From Ilumatobacteraceae bacterium (lineage in GTDB: Bacteria > Actinomycetota > Acidimicrobiia > Acidimicrobiales > Ilumatobacteraceae), in contig JBIITN010000004.1 of assembly GCA_044340485.1 (NCBI GenBank), positions 28,357-92,356 on the forward strand: a DNA stretch of 64,000 nucleotides, read 5' to 3'. This document shows positions 1 through 10,488 of this stretch, one piece after another (the first letter of the stretch is position 1; each line of letters starts with the position of its first letter). Under the pieces are notes generated by a model. It saw nothing but the letters and a program-made list of their open reading frames with translations, had not been told where the DNA came from and searched no databases. The translations under genes and the position numbers were made by a program.

Positions 1-1456
1 CACCTTTCACCACAACCACTGGCTTACGGTTCGTCGATTGGCCAAGGCGACGCATGAGCGATGTGCCATCGGTAATGCCTTCGATGTATGCAAGGGACAC
101 TTTCGACTTGTCATCATTTGCGTACCACTCGATGAGATCAGCAACACCGAGTGCAGCTGCATTGCCCGCTGACACTGCACGACTAATGCCTACGCCGCTT
201 TGACGTGCGTAATTCATAAAACTTGATACGAAGTTGCCGCTTTGACTCGCAACTGCAATCTGTCCTGCCGGTGGGTAAGGAGCCACAATTTGTGCGCACA
301 GATGAGCTGGTGTCGACACCACTCCTTGTCCATTTGGGCCTGCAAGCAAGATGCCTAATTCGTCGGCGAGTGCAATAAGTTCGCGCTCCATCTCTTGGCC
401 TTCTGGGCCGGCTTCGCCATATCCCGCAGAAGTAAGAAATGCCGCTTGAATTCCCTTTGCTGCACAGGCTCGAAGCAAATCAGGATTCGCTGAAGCAGGT
501 GTACACACAAAAACAAGATCGATCTCATTCTCCGGTAACTGCGCAATATCGGCAACTGTCGTAATACCCAACACTTCCTCACCATTGAGGTTTGTCCCGT
601 AGACCCCACCTGCATATCCACTTGCCAACATGTTGTGTAACGACACGAAACCAAATTTGCCTGGATGAGAAGACGCTCCCGTCACAAGAACGCCACGCGG
701 TTCAAATAACGCGCGGAACTGCTCGTCACTATAAGGCGCACGTTGCACTGTGCTGACTACCTCTCGTACACCCTTTTCGACTAGCGCATCAACGGCGACT
801 ACAGATCCTCTTGGGGTAATAATCATTGGGTTGATATCGATCGACACAATGTCGGTGTGGGTCTCGGCTGCCCGCGATAACGCCATCAAACAGGCCACGA
901 CCTCGTTGACGTTCACAGCTGACTCACCACGGAATTCACCGAGAATTTTTTGGGTACGCAATGACGACACCATCGCGCGCGCGATGTTTTCAGTGAGAGG
1001 AATCGGACGAAACGCGACATCAGCGATGGCTTCAGCAAAAATGCCACCAATACCCAGCATCACGTTTGGACCAAATTGTGGATCAACCACGACACCAGCG
1101 ATGAGTTCACGATTGCCGTGCACCATTGGCGCCACTAGTAAGTGAACCTCTCCATCTTCTGGGCGAGCAGCCGCTAGTAGGTCGGTTGCTGCGTCACACA
1201 CCGCTGCAGCATCTGAAAGACGTAAGCGCACTAGACCGCGTTCTGTCTTATGTGCAATCGCGTCCCCACCAAGTTTGACAACAACAGGAAAGCCAACCTC
1301 CGCAGCTGCCGCTTCGGCCTCTTGCGCCGTTGACACCACACGTTCAGGTGCAAAAGGAACACCAAGTGGAGCCAATAATGCCTTTGAATCGGTCTCTGAA
1401 AGAGTGGCACCTCGTGATGTATCACTTGAATGCGAAGCGGGGTTCTGAGAAGTCAC
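1..1456 (-). CDS. acetate--CoA ligase family protein (ADP-forming acyl-CoA synthetase; ATP-grasp domain followed by CoA-binding/CoA-ligase domains); 3' end runs off the window
   Basis: Absent from the ORF track because it has no stop in the window. Manual minus-strand translation from GTG at 1456 is uninterrupted to position 1. It gives ...GFPVVVKLGGDAIAHKTERGLVRL... (ATP-grasp), then ...RGVLVTGASSHPGKFGF...VFVCTPASANPDLLRACAAKGIQAAFLTSAGYGE...LAGPNGQGVV...VASQSGNF. Start codon choice is uncertain. Confidence 0.75.
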   Translation of the reverse strand, partial: MTSQNPASHSSDTSRGATLSETDSKALLAPLGVPFAPERVVSTAQEAEAAAAEVGFPVVVKLGGDAIAHKTERGLVRLRLSDAAAVCDAATDLLAAARPEDGEVHLLVAPMVHGNRELIAGVVVDPQFGPNVMLGIGGIFAEAIADVAFRPIPLTENIARAMVSSLRTQKILGEFRGESAVNVNEVVACLMALSRAAETHTDIVSIDINPMIITPRGSVVAVDALVEKGVREVVSTVQRAPYSDEQFRALFEPRGVLVTGASSHPGKFGFVSLHNMLASGYAGGVYGTNLNGEEVLGITTVADIAQLPENEIDLVFVCTPASANPDLLRACAAKGIQAAFLTSAGYGEAGPEGQEMERELIALADELGILLAGPNGQGVVSTPAHLCAQIVAPYPPAGQIAVASQSGNFVSSFMNYARQSGVGISRAVSAGNAAALGVADLIEWYANDDKSKVSLAYIEGITDGTSLMRRLGQSTNRKPVVVVKG

Positions 1457-1475
1457 CTCACTACGGTAGCGATGT

Positions 1476-2102
1476 TTATCCCACCAAAGCCGCATGAAAG
1501 AAGCTGATAACAGCATCACAATGATCTGATACGGCTTCTCTGCTGAGCACGCTCTCTGTGATCAGTCCATCTATCAATGGAGCATCACTGAAGTACGTCA
1601 AAATCGCACCATAGCCAGTGATGAGCAAATGACGTGGTTCGTGATATCGAAACGTTCCAGCAGACATTTCCCGCTCGAGGTATGACACAGACGCATCAAA
1701 CAGCGGTTTGATCACAGCAGCAAGATCAATACCGAGATGAGTGCCGCCGTCCAAAGCCTCTCGTCTCATGATGCGCACATAGTCGGGATTCTCTTCAAAC
1801 AGTTCGAACCCGGCACGAACCACAATTTCAAATTTCTCCCACCCTGTTGCAGTACTGGTGATCGCATCAGCGATGCGTTCCAACCAATCCGACAACAAAG
1901 TCTCAAACACATCTCCGTACAGAGCTTCTTTGCTGGGAAAATGATGCAAGAGACTGGGACGGCGAATTCCCACTCCTGCGGCGATGTCATTAAGAGAAGT
2001 GCCCTCGTATCCGGCATGAGCAAAGCAACGCAGAGCCTCCGTCAAAATCTGCTCTCTCGTGCTTGGGAGGGGGGCCTCGACCAAAGGGGCGACCGATGAC
2101 AT
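1476..2102 (-). CDS. TetR/AcrR family transcriptional regulator
   Basis: N-terminal HTH ILTEALRCFAHAGYEGTSLNDIAAGVGIRRPSLLHHFPSKEALY. Start taken at the internal ATG 2102 (MSSVAPL...); the ORF-track start 2177 would overlap the divergent desaturase. Confidence 0.85.
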   Translation of the reverse strand: MSSVAPLVEAPLPSTREQILTEALRCFAHAGYEGTSLNDIAAGVGIRRPSLLHHFPSKEALYGDVFETLLSDWLERIADAITSTATGWEKFEIVVRAGFELFEENPDYVRIMRREALDGGTHLGIDLAAVIKPLFDASVSYLEREMSAGTFRYHEPRHLLITGYGAILTYFSDAPLIDGLITESVLSREAVSDHCDAVISFFHAALVG

Positions 2103-2124
2103 AATCCACAGGCTACACCTGTGT

Positions 2125-2142
2125 CTACCTACCGGTAGGTAG
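2125..2142. promoter_or_regulatory. perfect 18-bp palindrome CTACCTACCGGTAGGTAG, candidate TetR operator
   Basis: Self-complementary when read directly from the sequence. It lies in the 57-bp gap between the divergent TetR (start 2102) and desaturase (start 2160) genes. Confidence 0.6.
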
Positions 2143-2159
2143 CGCACTAGACTTTCGCA

Positions 2160-2936
2160 ATGAACTGGTTTCTTCAAGCATTGTTGTTGGGAACTCTTGT
2201 TGGGCTTGGCGTCTCAATCGTTGCCAACACGTGCACCACTGTCTTTTTACATCGAGCACTTAGTCATCGTGCATTGACACTGCGTCAACCTGCCACTTTT
2301 GTCTTCCGACTGTTCGTATGGATCACTACCGGCATCCGTCCACGCCAATGGGTTGCGGTTCATCGCAAACACCACGCGTACACCGACATTGAGGGTGATC
2401 CTCATTCGCCCGTTCTATTGGGTTGGGTGACGGTGCAGATGAAAAACGTTGCGCTGTATCGGGCTGCTGCAAAAGATGAAGAACTCCTCAACAAGTACGC
2501 CAAAGATCTGCCCTATGACGCGTGGGATCGGGCACTCTTTAACCGAGCATTCCTCGGACTTGGAGTCGGAATTGTGCTGCTCATTGTCGTTTTTGGACCT
2601 ATCGCTGGACTTATTGCGGCGGTGGTGCACATGAATTTCTACCTAGCTGGTTCGGCAGCTGTGAATGCCATTGGTCATCGCTTTGGACGTCGCACGTACC
2701 CGAACGGTGCCACCAACTTGCAGTGGCTTGCACTTCTCACGATGGGCGAAGGGCTGCACAACAATCATCACGCTGCACCCTCATCTCCGCGTCTTTCTCA
2801 TCGACGTTCAGAGTTTGACCCTGGATGGTGGGTAGTTCGAATTCTTGCGTGGTCTCGCCTTGCCCACTTGCGTTTCACAGACGTTCGTCTCACTGCTCGC
2901 GCAAAAAGCATGCAATCTACATCTGAAGCCGCGTAG
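2160..2936 (+). CDS. membrane fatty-acid (acyl-CoA/acyl-lipid) desaturase
   Basis: Three histidine boxes HRALSH, HRKHHAYTD and HNNHHAAP, plus hydrophobic segments. Confidence 0.85.
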   Translation: MNWFLQALLLGTLVGLGVSIVANTCTTVFLHRALSHRALTLRQPATFVFRLFVWITTGIRPRQWVAVHRKHHAYTDIEGDPHSPVLLGWVTVQMKNVALYRAAAKDEELLNKYAKDLPYDAWDRALFNRAFLGLGVGIVLLIVVFGPIAGLIAAVVHMNFYLAGSAAVNAIGHRFGRRTYPNGATNLQWLALLTMGEGLHNNHHAAPSSPRLSHRRSEFDPGWWVVRILAWSRLAHLRFTDVRLTARAKSMQSTSEAA

Positions 2937-2951
2937 GCCGTAACGATCTAT

Positions 2952-4961
2952 GTGGTAGCTCCCGCATCGATCATCTCCCACATAGAGGTCACCGATTACG
3001 ATTCGAACGTGACTAACGCACCGCGCCTTGATTCCAGCCTTGACACTGCAGCAATTGCAATTATTCGATCGTTAGCAATGGATGCGCCACTGGCTGCAAA
3101 AAGTGGACATCAAGGTACGGCCATGGCTCTTGCTCCGCTTGCTCATGTTCTCTACAGCCGAGTGATGAAACATCATCCTGTCGATGCACAATGGCCAGAT
3201 CGCGATCGTTTCATCTTGTCGATCGGTCACGCATCTATCTTGCAGTACGCGCTGTTGTATTTGGCTGGATACGGACTCGAAATGAATGATCTCAAATCTT
3301 TTCGCCAGTGGGATTCATTAACGCCAGGCCACCCAGAAGTTGGGCACACAGTGGGTGTCGAAGTCACCACCGGTCCACTTGGTCAGGGTTTTGCAAACGC
3401 AGTCGGTATGGCAATTGCAGAGGAGCACTTGCGTGCACGCTTTGGTATCGAAAACCAAAACCACCATACGTGGGTAATAGCAGGTGATGGTTGTCTGATG
3501 GAAGGCGTCAGCCACGAAGCGGCGTCGCTTGCAGGCCATCTCAAACTAGAGCGCTTAATCTGCATATTCGACGACAACAAAATCACGATTGACGGATCAA
3601 CATCACTCACGTGTTCCGACGATGTACCTGCTCGTTTTCGCTCGTACGGCTGGAATGTGATTGAAGCTGGAGAAATTGCAGAAGATTGTGACGCACTCGA
3701 GTTAGCACTCCTACAAGCAAAGGAACACACTGGATCTCCCACTCTTGTCGTGCTTCGCTCACACGTGGGATTCCCATCGCCAGACTTCACCGACAGACAT
3801 GAAGCACACGGAAATCCGTTTACTGCTGAACACGTGAGTGCAACAAAAAAAGTGATGGGCATCCCCAACGAACCATTTTGGGCTCCCGCCGACATCGTGA
3901 ACACATACCGCAGTTTCTGTGCGACACGTTGTATTGATGCATACGCGACATGGTCCACACAACCATCCGACAAAAGATCAGCGTTTGCGACAATGTGGAA
4001 TTCACCACCGTCAGTACGTGATTTGCCGGAGTTTGGATCAGACTCACAACTTGCAACTCGTGTTGCATTCCAACAGGTCCTCGATGCCACACTTCCCTCG
4101 CTTCCCCAAGTGGTGAGCGGCTCTGCGGACCTCACGGGAAATACCGGTGTAAAGCTCTCGGGACAAAGCGGGTTCTCCGTCTCATCTCGAGAGGGCCGAC
4201 AGGTGTATTACGGGATTCGCGAACACGCGATGGGTGCCGCACTCGTGGGTATGGCTCTCCACGGTGGCGTCGTTCCTGTTGGTGGCACATTCTTTGTGTT
4301 CGCCGACTACATGCGTCCAGCCATTCGTCTCGCTGCACTTTCCGGTGCACGCTGTGTCTTTGTGTTCAGCCATGACTCGGTGGGAGTGGGCGAAGATGGC
4401 CCCACTCACCAACCAGTGGAACACCTTGCGACACTGCGCGCAATTCCTGGATTACAAGTAATTCGTCCTGCTGACCAAAACGAAACTGCCCAAGCATGGA
4501 GCGCTGCACTGCAATACAACGGCCCGACAGCTTTGATCTTGTCACGACAAAACGTTCCGGCTATCACAGATGGTGCCGCTGTTGCTACGGGTGCAGCAGC
4601 CCTCAAAAAAGTTGACTCACCCCATGTTGTGCTCGTCGCAACTGGTAGCGAAGTCTCCGTCGCTGTGGCAGCAGCTGAAGCACTTGCTTCTGAATCTGTG
4701 CGAGCCCAAGTGGTGTCAATGCCGTCATGGGATCGATTCGCTGCACAAAGCAAATCCTTCCAACTAAGTGTTTTTCCCGACGGCGTTCCCGTGATCAGCA
4801 TCGAAGCAGCCACCACATTTGGATGGGATCGATATGCAGATGCAATGGTTGGCATCGATCGGTTCGGGGCAAGTGCGCCGGGCAATGTTGTTATGGAACA
4901 ATTGGGAATCAATGTTGCAAATGTCGTTGCAACCGTAAAGAAAGTGATGTCACCGCAATGA
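2952..4961 (+). CDS. tkt: transketolase
   Basis: 669 aa. Motifs GHQGTAMALAP, GDGCLMEGVSHEAASLAGH and FSHDSVGVGEDGPTHQPVEHLA. Confidence 0.95.
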   Translation: MVAPASIISHIEVTDYDSNVTNAPRLDSSLDTAAIAIIRSLAMDAPLAAKSGHQGTAMALAPLAHVLYSRVMKHHPVDAQWPDRDRFILSIGHASILQYALLYLAGYGLEMNDLKSFRQWDSLTPGHPEVGHTVGVEVTTGPLGQGFANAVGMAIAEEHLRARFGIENQNHHTWVIAGDGCLMEGVSHEAASLAGHLKLERLICIFDDNKITIDGSTSLTCSDDVPARFRSYGWNVIEAGEIAEDCDALELALLQAKEHTGSPTLVVLRSHVGFPSPDFTDRHEAHGNPFTAEHVSATKKVMGIPNEPFWAPADIVNTYRSFCATRCIDAYATWSTQPSDKRSAFATMWNSPPSVRDLPEFGSDSQLATRVAFQQVLDATLPSLPQVVSGSADLTGNTGVKLSGQSGFSVSSREGRQVYYGIREHAMGAALVGMALHGGVVPVGGTFFVFADYMRPAIRLAALSGARCVFVFSHDSVGVGEDGPTHQPVEHLATLRAIPGLQVIRPADQNETAQAWSAALQYNGPTALILSRQNVPAITDGAAVATGAAALKKVDSPHVVLVATGSEVSVAVAAAEALASESVRAQVVSMPSWDRFAAQSKSFQLSVFPDGVPVISIEAATTFGWDRYADAMVGIDRFGASAPGNVVMEQLGINVANVVATVKKVMSPQ

Positions 4962-6058
4962 CTCAACGTCTACTTGCCCTCTATGAACAGCAAGGACAGA
5001 GTCCGTGGCTCGACAATCTTCAACGGGGATACATCACAACAGGTCAGTTGCACGAACTCATCGCATCGGGCATCCGTGGACTGACCTCAAATCCCACCAT
5101 TTTTCAAAAGGCCATACAATCCTCAAGCGACTATGACCAACAATTCACGCAAGAGATAGGGGCTGGCAATACACCAGAAGATGCGTACTGGTCACTTGTC
5201 ATTTCAGACATCTGGGGAGCGCTCGATGCATTTGCCCCTCTTTACGAGACATCACACGGACGTGATGGTTTCGTAAGTGTTGAAGTCGATCCATGGTTGG
5301 CTCACAAAGGCACAGACACATTGTCTGCTGCTCGTGCACTTGATGAACGCATTTCGCGCCCCAATGTAATGATCAAGATCCCCGCGACAAAAGAAGGCAT
5401 ACCGGCGATCAAACAGATGATCGCTGAGGGCCGCAATGTCAACGTCACGCTCATTTTCAGTCTTGATCGCTATCGAGAAGTGATGACCGCATACATCGAC
5501 GGGCTCGAACAACGAATGACCTCAGGTGACGACATCTCGAAAATTGCCAGTGTTGCGAGTTTCTTCATTAGCCGCGTTGACACCGAGATTGATCGCCGTC
5601 TTGAAACAATCGGAACGAATGAGGCATTAGAACTTCGCGGTACGGCAGCTGTCAATCAAGCCAAGTTGGCTTACAACATGTTTGAGTCACTGTTTTCCGG
5701 ACCACGCTGGGAAAAACTGGCAACTGCCGGCGCACAAGTACAACGACCGCTTTGGGCGTCCACGTCCACAAAGAATCCCGCTTACCCAGACACGTTGTAC
5801 GTCGACCAACTCATCGGGCCACACACGGTCAATACTTTGCCTGACGCCACTGTGGCCTCCTTTGCCGATCACGGCACCGTGGCTCGCACTATCGACATTG
5901 ACGTTGATAAGGCGAAAGATCAATGGTCACAGCTCGAGACATTAGGCGTTGATGTCGCAGATGTTGCCGAGCTGCTTGAGCGTGAAGGCGTATCGTCATT
6001 TCAGAAAAGTTTTGATGAATTGCTGACCGCTTTAAGAGCGAAAGCCACCGACCTATAG
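4958..6058 (+). CDS. tal: transaldolase (long actinobacterial type)
   Basis: ATG 4958 overlaps the tkt stop (ATGA). Sequence MTQRLLALYEQQGQSPWLDNL..., LTSNPTIFQKAI, VMIKIPATKEGIPAIKQMI. The ORF-track start 4727 is an in-frame extension inside tkt. Confidence 0.93.
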   Translation: MTQRLLALYEQQGQSPWLDNLQRGYITTGQLHELIASGIRGLTSNPTIFQKAIQSSSDYDQQFTQEIGAGNTPEDAYWSLVISDIWGALDAFAPLYETSHGRDGFVSVEVDPWLAHKGTDTLSAARALDERISRPNVMIKIPATKEGIPAIKQMIAEGRNVNVTLIFSLDRYREVMTAYIDGLEQRMTSGDDISKIASVASFFISRVDTEIDRRLETIGTNEALELRGTAAVNQAKLAYNMFESLFSGPRWEKLATAGAQVQRPLWASTSTKNPAYPDTLYVDQLIGPHTVNTLPDATVASFADHGTVARTIDIDVDKAKDQWSQLETLGVDVADVAELLEREGVSSFQKSFDELLTALRAKATDL

Positions 6059-6079
6059 TCGCCACCGCTCCAGATGTAA

Positions 6080-6277
6080 CTAGCGCAACAGCGAAATTGC
6101 CTTCTCGATCGCCCGCCGGGCTTGAATGACTTTCTTCTCCTTAGCCGAAGGCTTCTGTTCTCCAGCCTCAATGGTTTCTCGCAGCATGCTCATCGCACGC
6201 TCGTCCAAAATGTCAGCAATCGAGCGCAACTGGTCGACTACCTCGGAAAAGTCCTCAGACTCATGTGACTGTGACAC
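6080..6277 (-). CDS. small hypothetical protein (65 aa, helical, charged)
   Basis: ORF only; no motif recognised. Confidence 0.35.
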   Translation of the reverse strand: MSQSHESEDFSEVVDQLRSIADILDERAMSMLRETIEAGEQKPSAKEKKVIQARRAIEKAISLLR

Positions 6278-6359
6278 GATGCACTCTCCTCTCGATCACA
6301 ACGTTACGTTGCCGGACACATGTCAAAGAGACATTTAGTGTCCATGTATTACGCGCTGC

Positions 6360-7130
6360 ATGTATGCACGCACTAGCGTTGCACCTGTGGCACAACCAGA
6401 AGACCTACATGAATGGGTAAGTTTCGACGATCCCGATGAGCATCGCACATGGATGGTTGATGCTTCCTTTTTCCGCTCTAACTACATGTGTATTTACGGC
6501 AATGGCTGCAAAGGTGTCCTCGATGACCCGTCCCCAGAGCTAATGCATGGTTGTTGTTCATTTGGCGCGCACTTCATCAATGACGCCGATGTGAAGACAG
6601 TAAAGAGATCCTCAAAGAGACTCACACCGGAAAACTGGGCCAACTACGACGTCGCAAAGAAAAAAGGCTGGTCGATAACTGCAAATGACGGCACCACAAA
6701 AACACGCGTGGTACACGGTGCATGTATCTTTCACAATCCCCCTGGTTTCGAAGGTGGCACGGGTTGTGCTTTGCACATTGCAGCAGAGGAAGCAGGTGAA
6801 CGCCACATGGATTGGAAACCCGACGTGTGTTGGCAGGTCCCGCTACGTCTTGAAGAACACGTCGAAGAATCTGGTCAAGTGGTCTCCATCGTACGAGAAT
6901 GGAAACGACGCGATTGGGGCGAAGGCGGACATGAATTTCATTGGTGGTGCACCGAATCGTCAGACGCCTTTGTGGGCAAAGAGCCTGCCTATGAATACTT
7001 CAAAAATGAGCTCACTGAAATGATGGGGAAAAAGTCATACAAGATTCTTGTGAAATTGCTTTCTCAACCGAAGCCAACGCCAATCCCTCACCCTGTAAAA
7101 CGCGTTGCCAAAGCAAAGACGAAAAACTGA
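6360..7130 (+). CDS. conserved Cys/His-rich hypothetical protein
   Basis: 256 aa with clustered Cys/His motifs CIYGNGCKG, HGCCSFGAHF, GACIFHN, GCALH and HWWC. No family name confidently recalled. Confidence 0.55.
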   Translation: MYARTSVAPVAQPEDLHEWVSFDDPDEHRTWMVDASFFRSNYMCIYGNGCKGVLDDPSPELMHGCCSFGAHFINDADVKTVKRSSKRLTPENWANYDVAKKKGWSITANDGTTKTRVVHGACIFHNPPGFEGGTGCALHIAAEEAGERHMDWKPDVCWQVPLRLEEHVEESGQVVSIVREWKRRDWGEGGHEFHWWCTESSDAFVGKEPAYEYFKNELTEMMGKKSYKILVKLLSQPKPTPIPHPVKRVAKAKTKN

Positions 7131-7131
7131 T

Positions 7132-8961
7132 TTAACTATTTTGTTTTTTAAAGGCACGCCGACGATCTTCCAAGTTCAAAAGGCGCTTGCGAATACGAAT
7201 CTTTGAGGGTGTCACTTCCACCAGCTCATCATCGGCGATCCATTCAATTGCTGTTTCAAGTGTGTGCACTACAGGCGCGGCCAACTTCACACCATCGTCA
7301 TGGCTGTGTGTACGAATGTTGGTTTTTTCTTTGGGCCGGACCGCATTTACGACCATCTCTTCACCGCGGGATCCCTCACCCACGATCATGCCGTCGTAGA
7401 CATCTACACCGGGAGGCACAAACAAAGTGCCTCGTAGCTGAAGATTGTCGAGTGCGTATGCAGTAGTGGAGCCCTGGCGGTCGGCGATCATCGCACCACC
7501 AGTACGGTGTGGCAACTCGCCTGCCCACGCTGTCCATCCCGCGTGATGTTGATGAAGAAGTGCAGTTCCCCGTGTGGCAGTCATCAACATTGATCGGAAG
7601 CCAATCAGGCCTCGTGAGGGTGCCTCAAATGACACAATCGTTCGTCCTGGATCGCCTGGACGTAAATCTGTCACGCGGCCTTTTCGCGGTGCGAGCGCTT
7701 GCGTCACAGTGCCCACGTGCTCGTCGGGCACGTCACACATACCAGATTCAAGAGGTTCGTGTTTTTTCCCGTTGATCTCGCGCGTGATTACTTCAGGTCG
7801 ACTCACCTGCAGTTCGTATCCCTCTCGACGCATACTTTCAATAAGCACCGCTAACTGCAGCTCGCCTCGACCAGCAACAGACATCACGTCTGCATTCTCA
7901 GTATCAGCAATACGAATAGATACGTTGCCAAGTACCTCTTTATTCAAACGGTCACGAATGTGACGGCTCGTGAGATATTTGCCCTCTCGTCCAGCAAACG
8001 GTGACGTGTTCACACCAAAGCTCATCCGAAGTACTGGTTCATCAACCTCTAAACGAGGTAACGGCGTGGTGACTTCCAGCGCGGAAATAGTGTCACCTAC
8101 TTCCACTTCTGCAATGCCCGCAAGAACAAATAGGTCGCCCGCCTCGATGGTTTCGACTTCAGTTCGTCCAATGCCGTCAAACACACTCAGTTGAGCAATG
8201 CGATGTTTAGAAGATGGCGATGCAGTTGCATCTTTGCCCCATAGAGCAACCGCGTCACCTTTTTTCATTTTTCCGGATTGCACGCGACCGACTGCAAGAC
8301 GACCCAAATAGTCAGACGCATCAAGATTGACTACGAGTGCTGTCATGGCCGAGTCTGGGTCAACCTTTGGCGGCGGAATGGTGGAAACAATGCAGTCGAG
8401 CAAACATGACAGATCTGCATCCGCAGCAGGCATACCAATGCCTGTCATCGCCCGTGATTCACGAGCTACGGCAGAGATCACAGGGAACGCCAACTGGTCA
8501 TCGCTATTTGCTAGATCTAGGAATAACTGCTCAACCTCGGTCAGTACTTCTTCAGGACGAGCGTCATGTCTGTCGACTTTATTAATCACCAAGATGACAG
8601 GAAGTCCTAAGCCCAGCGCCTTCGATAAAACGTAACGGGTTTGAGGCAACGGGCCTTCAGCTGCATCAACCAACAGCACAATTCCGTCGACGAGAGCTAG
8701 CGAACGCTCCACTTCGCCACCAAAGTCGGCGTGGCCAGGCGTGTCAACGAGATTGATCAGAGTGTCTTTCCATGTGACTCGGGCGGCCTTGGCCAATATG
8801 GTGATTCCACGTTCTCGCTCTTGGTCATTGGAATCCATGACGCGATCCACCACAGCTTCATGAGCGGCAAACGTGCCGGTGGAGCGCAAGAGAGCGTCTA
8901 CAAGTGTTGTTTTTCCATGGTCAACATGGGCCACGAGGGCGACATTACGAAGATGAGGCAT
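7132..8961 (-). CDS. typA: translational GTPase TypA/BipA
   Basis: 609 aa. Motifs [29 protein letters not shown] and NKVDR, with an EF-G-like C-terminal architecture. Confidence 0.95.
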   Translation of the reverse strand: MPHLRNVALVAHVDHGKTTLVDALLRSTGTFAAHEAVVDRVMDSNDQERERGITILAKAARVTWKDTLINLVDTPGHADFGGEVERSLALVDGIVLLVDAAEGPLPQTRYVLSKALGLGLPVILVINKVDRHDARPEEVLTEVEQLFLDLANSDDQLAFPVISAVARESRAMTGIGMPAADADLSCLLDCIVSTIPPPKVDPDSAMTALVVNLDASDYLGRLAVGRVQSGKMKKGDAVALWGKDATASPSSKHRIAQLSVFDGIGRTEVETIEAGDLFVLAGIAEVEVGDTISALEVTTPLPRLEVDEPVLRMSFGVNTSPFAGREGKYLTSRHIRDRLNKEVLGNVSIRIADTENADVMSVAGRGELQLAVLIESMRREGYELQVSRPEVITREINGKKHEPLESGMCDVPDEHVGTVTQALAPRKGRVTDLRPGDPGRTIVSFEAPSRGLIGFRSMLMTATRGTALLHQHHAGWTAWAGELPHRTGGAMIADRQGSTTAYALDNLQLRGTLFVPPGVDVYDGMIVGEGSRGEEMVVNAVRPKEKTNIRTHSHDDGVKLAAPVVHTLETAIEWIADDELVEVTPSKIRIRKRLLNLEDRRRAFKKQNS

Positions 8962-9008
8962 TGATCACTAACGATTGAGAGGGTTTATAACTACATTGAC
9001 GAATCGAG

Positions 9009-9233
9009 CTACTGCTCGTCGTCGTCGACGACTTCTTCATCGTCGTCAAAACTCACGCCGTAGCGCTGAGCGATTTCGGCGTATTCATCCTCTTCCGTAC
9101 GTGAGGTACGGGAGGATTCTCCAAAACCTAAGTCGGCCGCAGTAGGACCAGCTTGCTTTAATTTCCGGGCTTCTTCAAACCGGCGATGTCGACCCTTTTT
9201 CACGGTCGGTCTCCGAACATTGAGTGGCAACAA
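9009..9233 (-). CDS. small hypothetical protein with basic N-terminus and acidic C-terminal tail
   Basis: ORF only: ...KKGRHRRFEEARKLKQ... ending DDDEEVVDDDEQ. Confidence 0.4.
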   Translation of the reverse strand: MLPLNVRRPTVKKGRHRRFEEARKLKQAGPTAADLGFGESSRTSRTEEDEYAEIAQRYGVSFDDDEEVVDDDEQ

Positions 9234-9291
9234 GTGCCTATGGACGATCTTTGTTTATTGTATCGCCCAATAGCCCCATTTGTACGGCATT

Positions 9292-10488
9292 TCAGGTGCC
9301 CTCTGGGGTATCGACCAGACGAAGCCCTCGAGCGCCACCAGTGAGTGGTCCAAATGAGAGGGCCCTCTTGCCTTGCAACAGGTCCTCAACATCGTTTCCA
9401 ACGATGTCAGCGCGCCAGCCTTCCATCAGCCTCGCATTGGGTGCATGACGTAATAAATCAACTATGTCTGATCTTGTTGCAAGTAACTGAGGGTCGATGT
9501 GTTGCTGTCGAGCCAACTCATTCACCCATGCCGAAATCAATGTCACCGCGGGCCGCAAACTGCGATCAAGATCATCGCCATCGCTCGTGGGAAATGCCAA
9601 ATCCCCCTCGGCGCGGGAGATTCCGTCGGCGACAGCATCCAGAATCGCTGTACCTACTGAACCACGAGCGAGTTTGTCATCAAGTCCGCGAATGTGCCCC
9701 AGTTCATTAGCAGTTCGAGGCATACGTGAAGCAACACTGACAATGACAATGTCCGACAGCACATGGCGAACTGGTATGTCGAGTTCCTGAGCTCGCTTCT
9801 CCCGCCACATTGCAAGTGATTGGGCCACCCAACGAGACTGTCCACGCAGACCACGAACGTCTTTCACCCGTAGCCAGGCATTCATGGGATCACCAGGGCC
9901 AGTTGGACGAGTTCTCAATTCCTCGCATGCCTCTTGTGCCCACACGTAGCGACCACGCTCGTGCAATTGGTGAGACACCAATGCAGACAGTTCAGGTAGG
10001 TAGGCAACATCATTTGCCGCATATGTCACTTGATTTTCTGTGAGAGGACGACGTAACCAATCGGTCAATCTGTCCCCTTTAGGCAATGTGGTCTTGAGAA
10101 ACGTCGACAGTAACGACGTTAAGGACGGTGTTGAATGCCCGAGGAATCCTGCTGCCAACTGCGTGTCAAACAGCTTTGAAGGAATCGCACCACAGGCATA
10201 CGACAACACGTCGAGATCCTGCTGTGCGGCATGCACCACGGCCAATGAATGCGATGTGAGAAGAGGTCCCAGCAATGAGATGTCGAGCGCTAAAGGATCA
10301 ATAATTGCAAGTCGATCATCAACTGCAATTTGAACGAGAGCAATACGCGGAAAATACGTGCGCTCTCTGTGAAATTCTGTGTCGAGGTAGTACTCGCTAT
10401 GACCTACTGCGAATGAGACAAAATCTCGTAGCGCGAGATCCGTGTCGATCCACTCGATTCGATCATTGACAGATGATCGATTGGTCAT
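9292..10488 (-). CDS. rnd: ribonuclease D (DEDD 3'-5' exonuclease + HRDC)
   Basis: 398 aa. LDTEFHRERTYFPRIALVQI and YAANDVAYL exonuclease motifs, followed by an HRDC-like region. Confidence 0.85.
   Translation of the reverse strand: MTNRSSVNDRIEWIDTDLALRDFVSFAVGHSEYYLDTEFHRERTYFPRIALVQIAVDDRLAIIDPLALDISLLGPLLTSHSLAVVHAAQQDLDVLSYACGAIPSKLFDTQLAAGFLGHSTPSLTSLLSTFLKTTLPKGDRLTDWLRRPLTENQVTYAANDVAYLPELSALVSHQLHERGRYVWAQEACEELRTRPTGPGDPMNAWLRVKDVRGLRGQSRWVAQSLAMWREKRAQELDIPVRHVLSDIVIVSVASRMPRTANELGHIRGLDDKLARGSVGTAILDAVADGISRAEGDLAFPTSDGDDLDRSLRPAVTLISAWVNELARQQHIDPQLLATRSDIVDLLRHAPNARLMEGWRADIVGNDVEDLLQGKRALSFGPLTGGARGLRLVDTPEGT

Noticed and set aside
3383-4135. 250-aa ORF on the minus strand inside transketolase
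   Set aside because: It is fully antisense to a confidently identified tkt gene and has low-complexity Ser/Ala/Arg-rich composition with no motif. It is a shadow ORF.
4727-4957. Upstream extension of the transaldolase ORF (track start 4727)
   Set aside because: The extension overlaps the tkt 3' end in another frame. The canonical transaldolase N-terminus begins at ATG 4958, coupled to the tkt stop.
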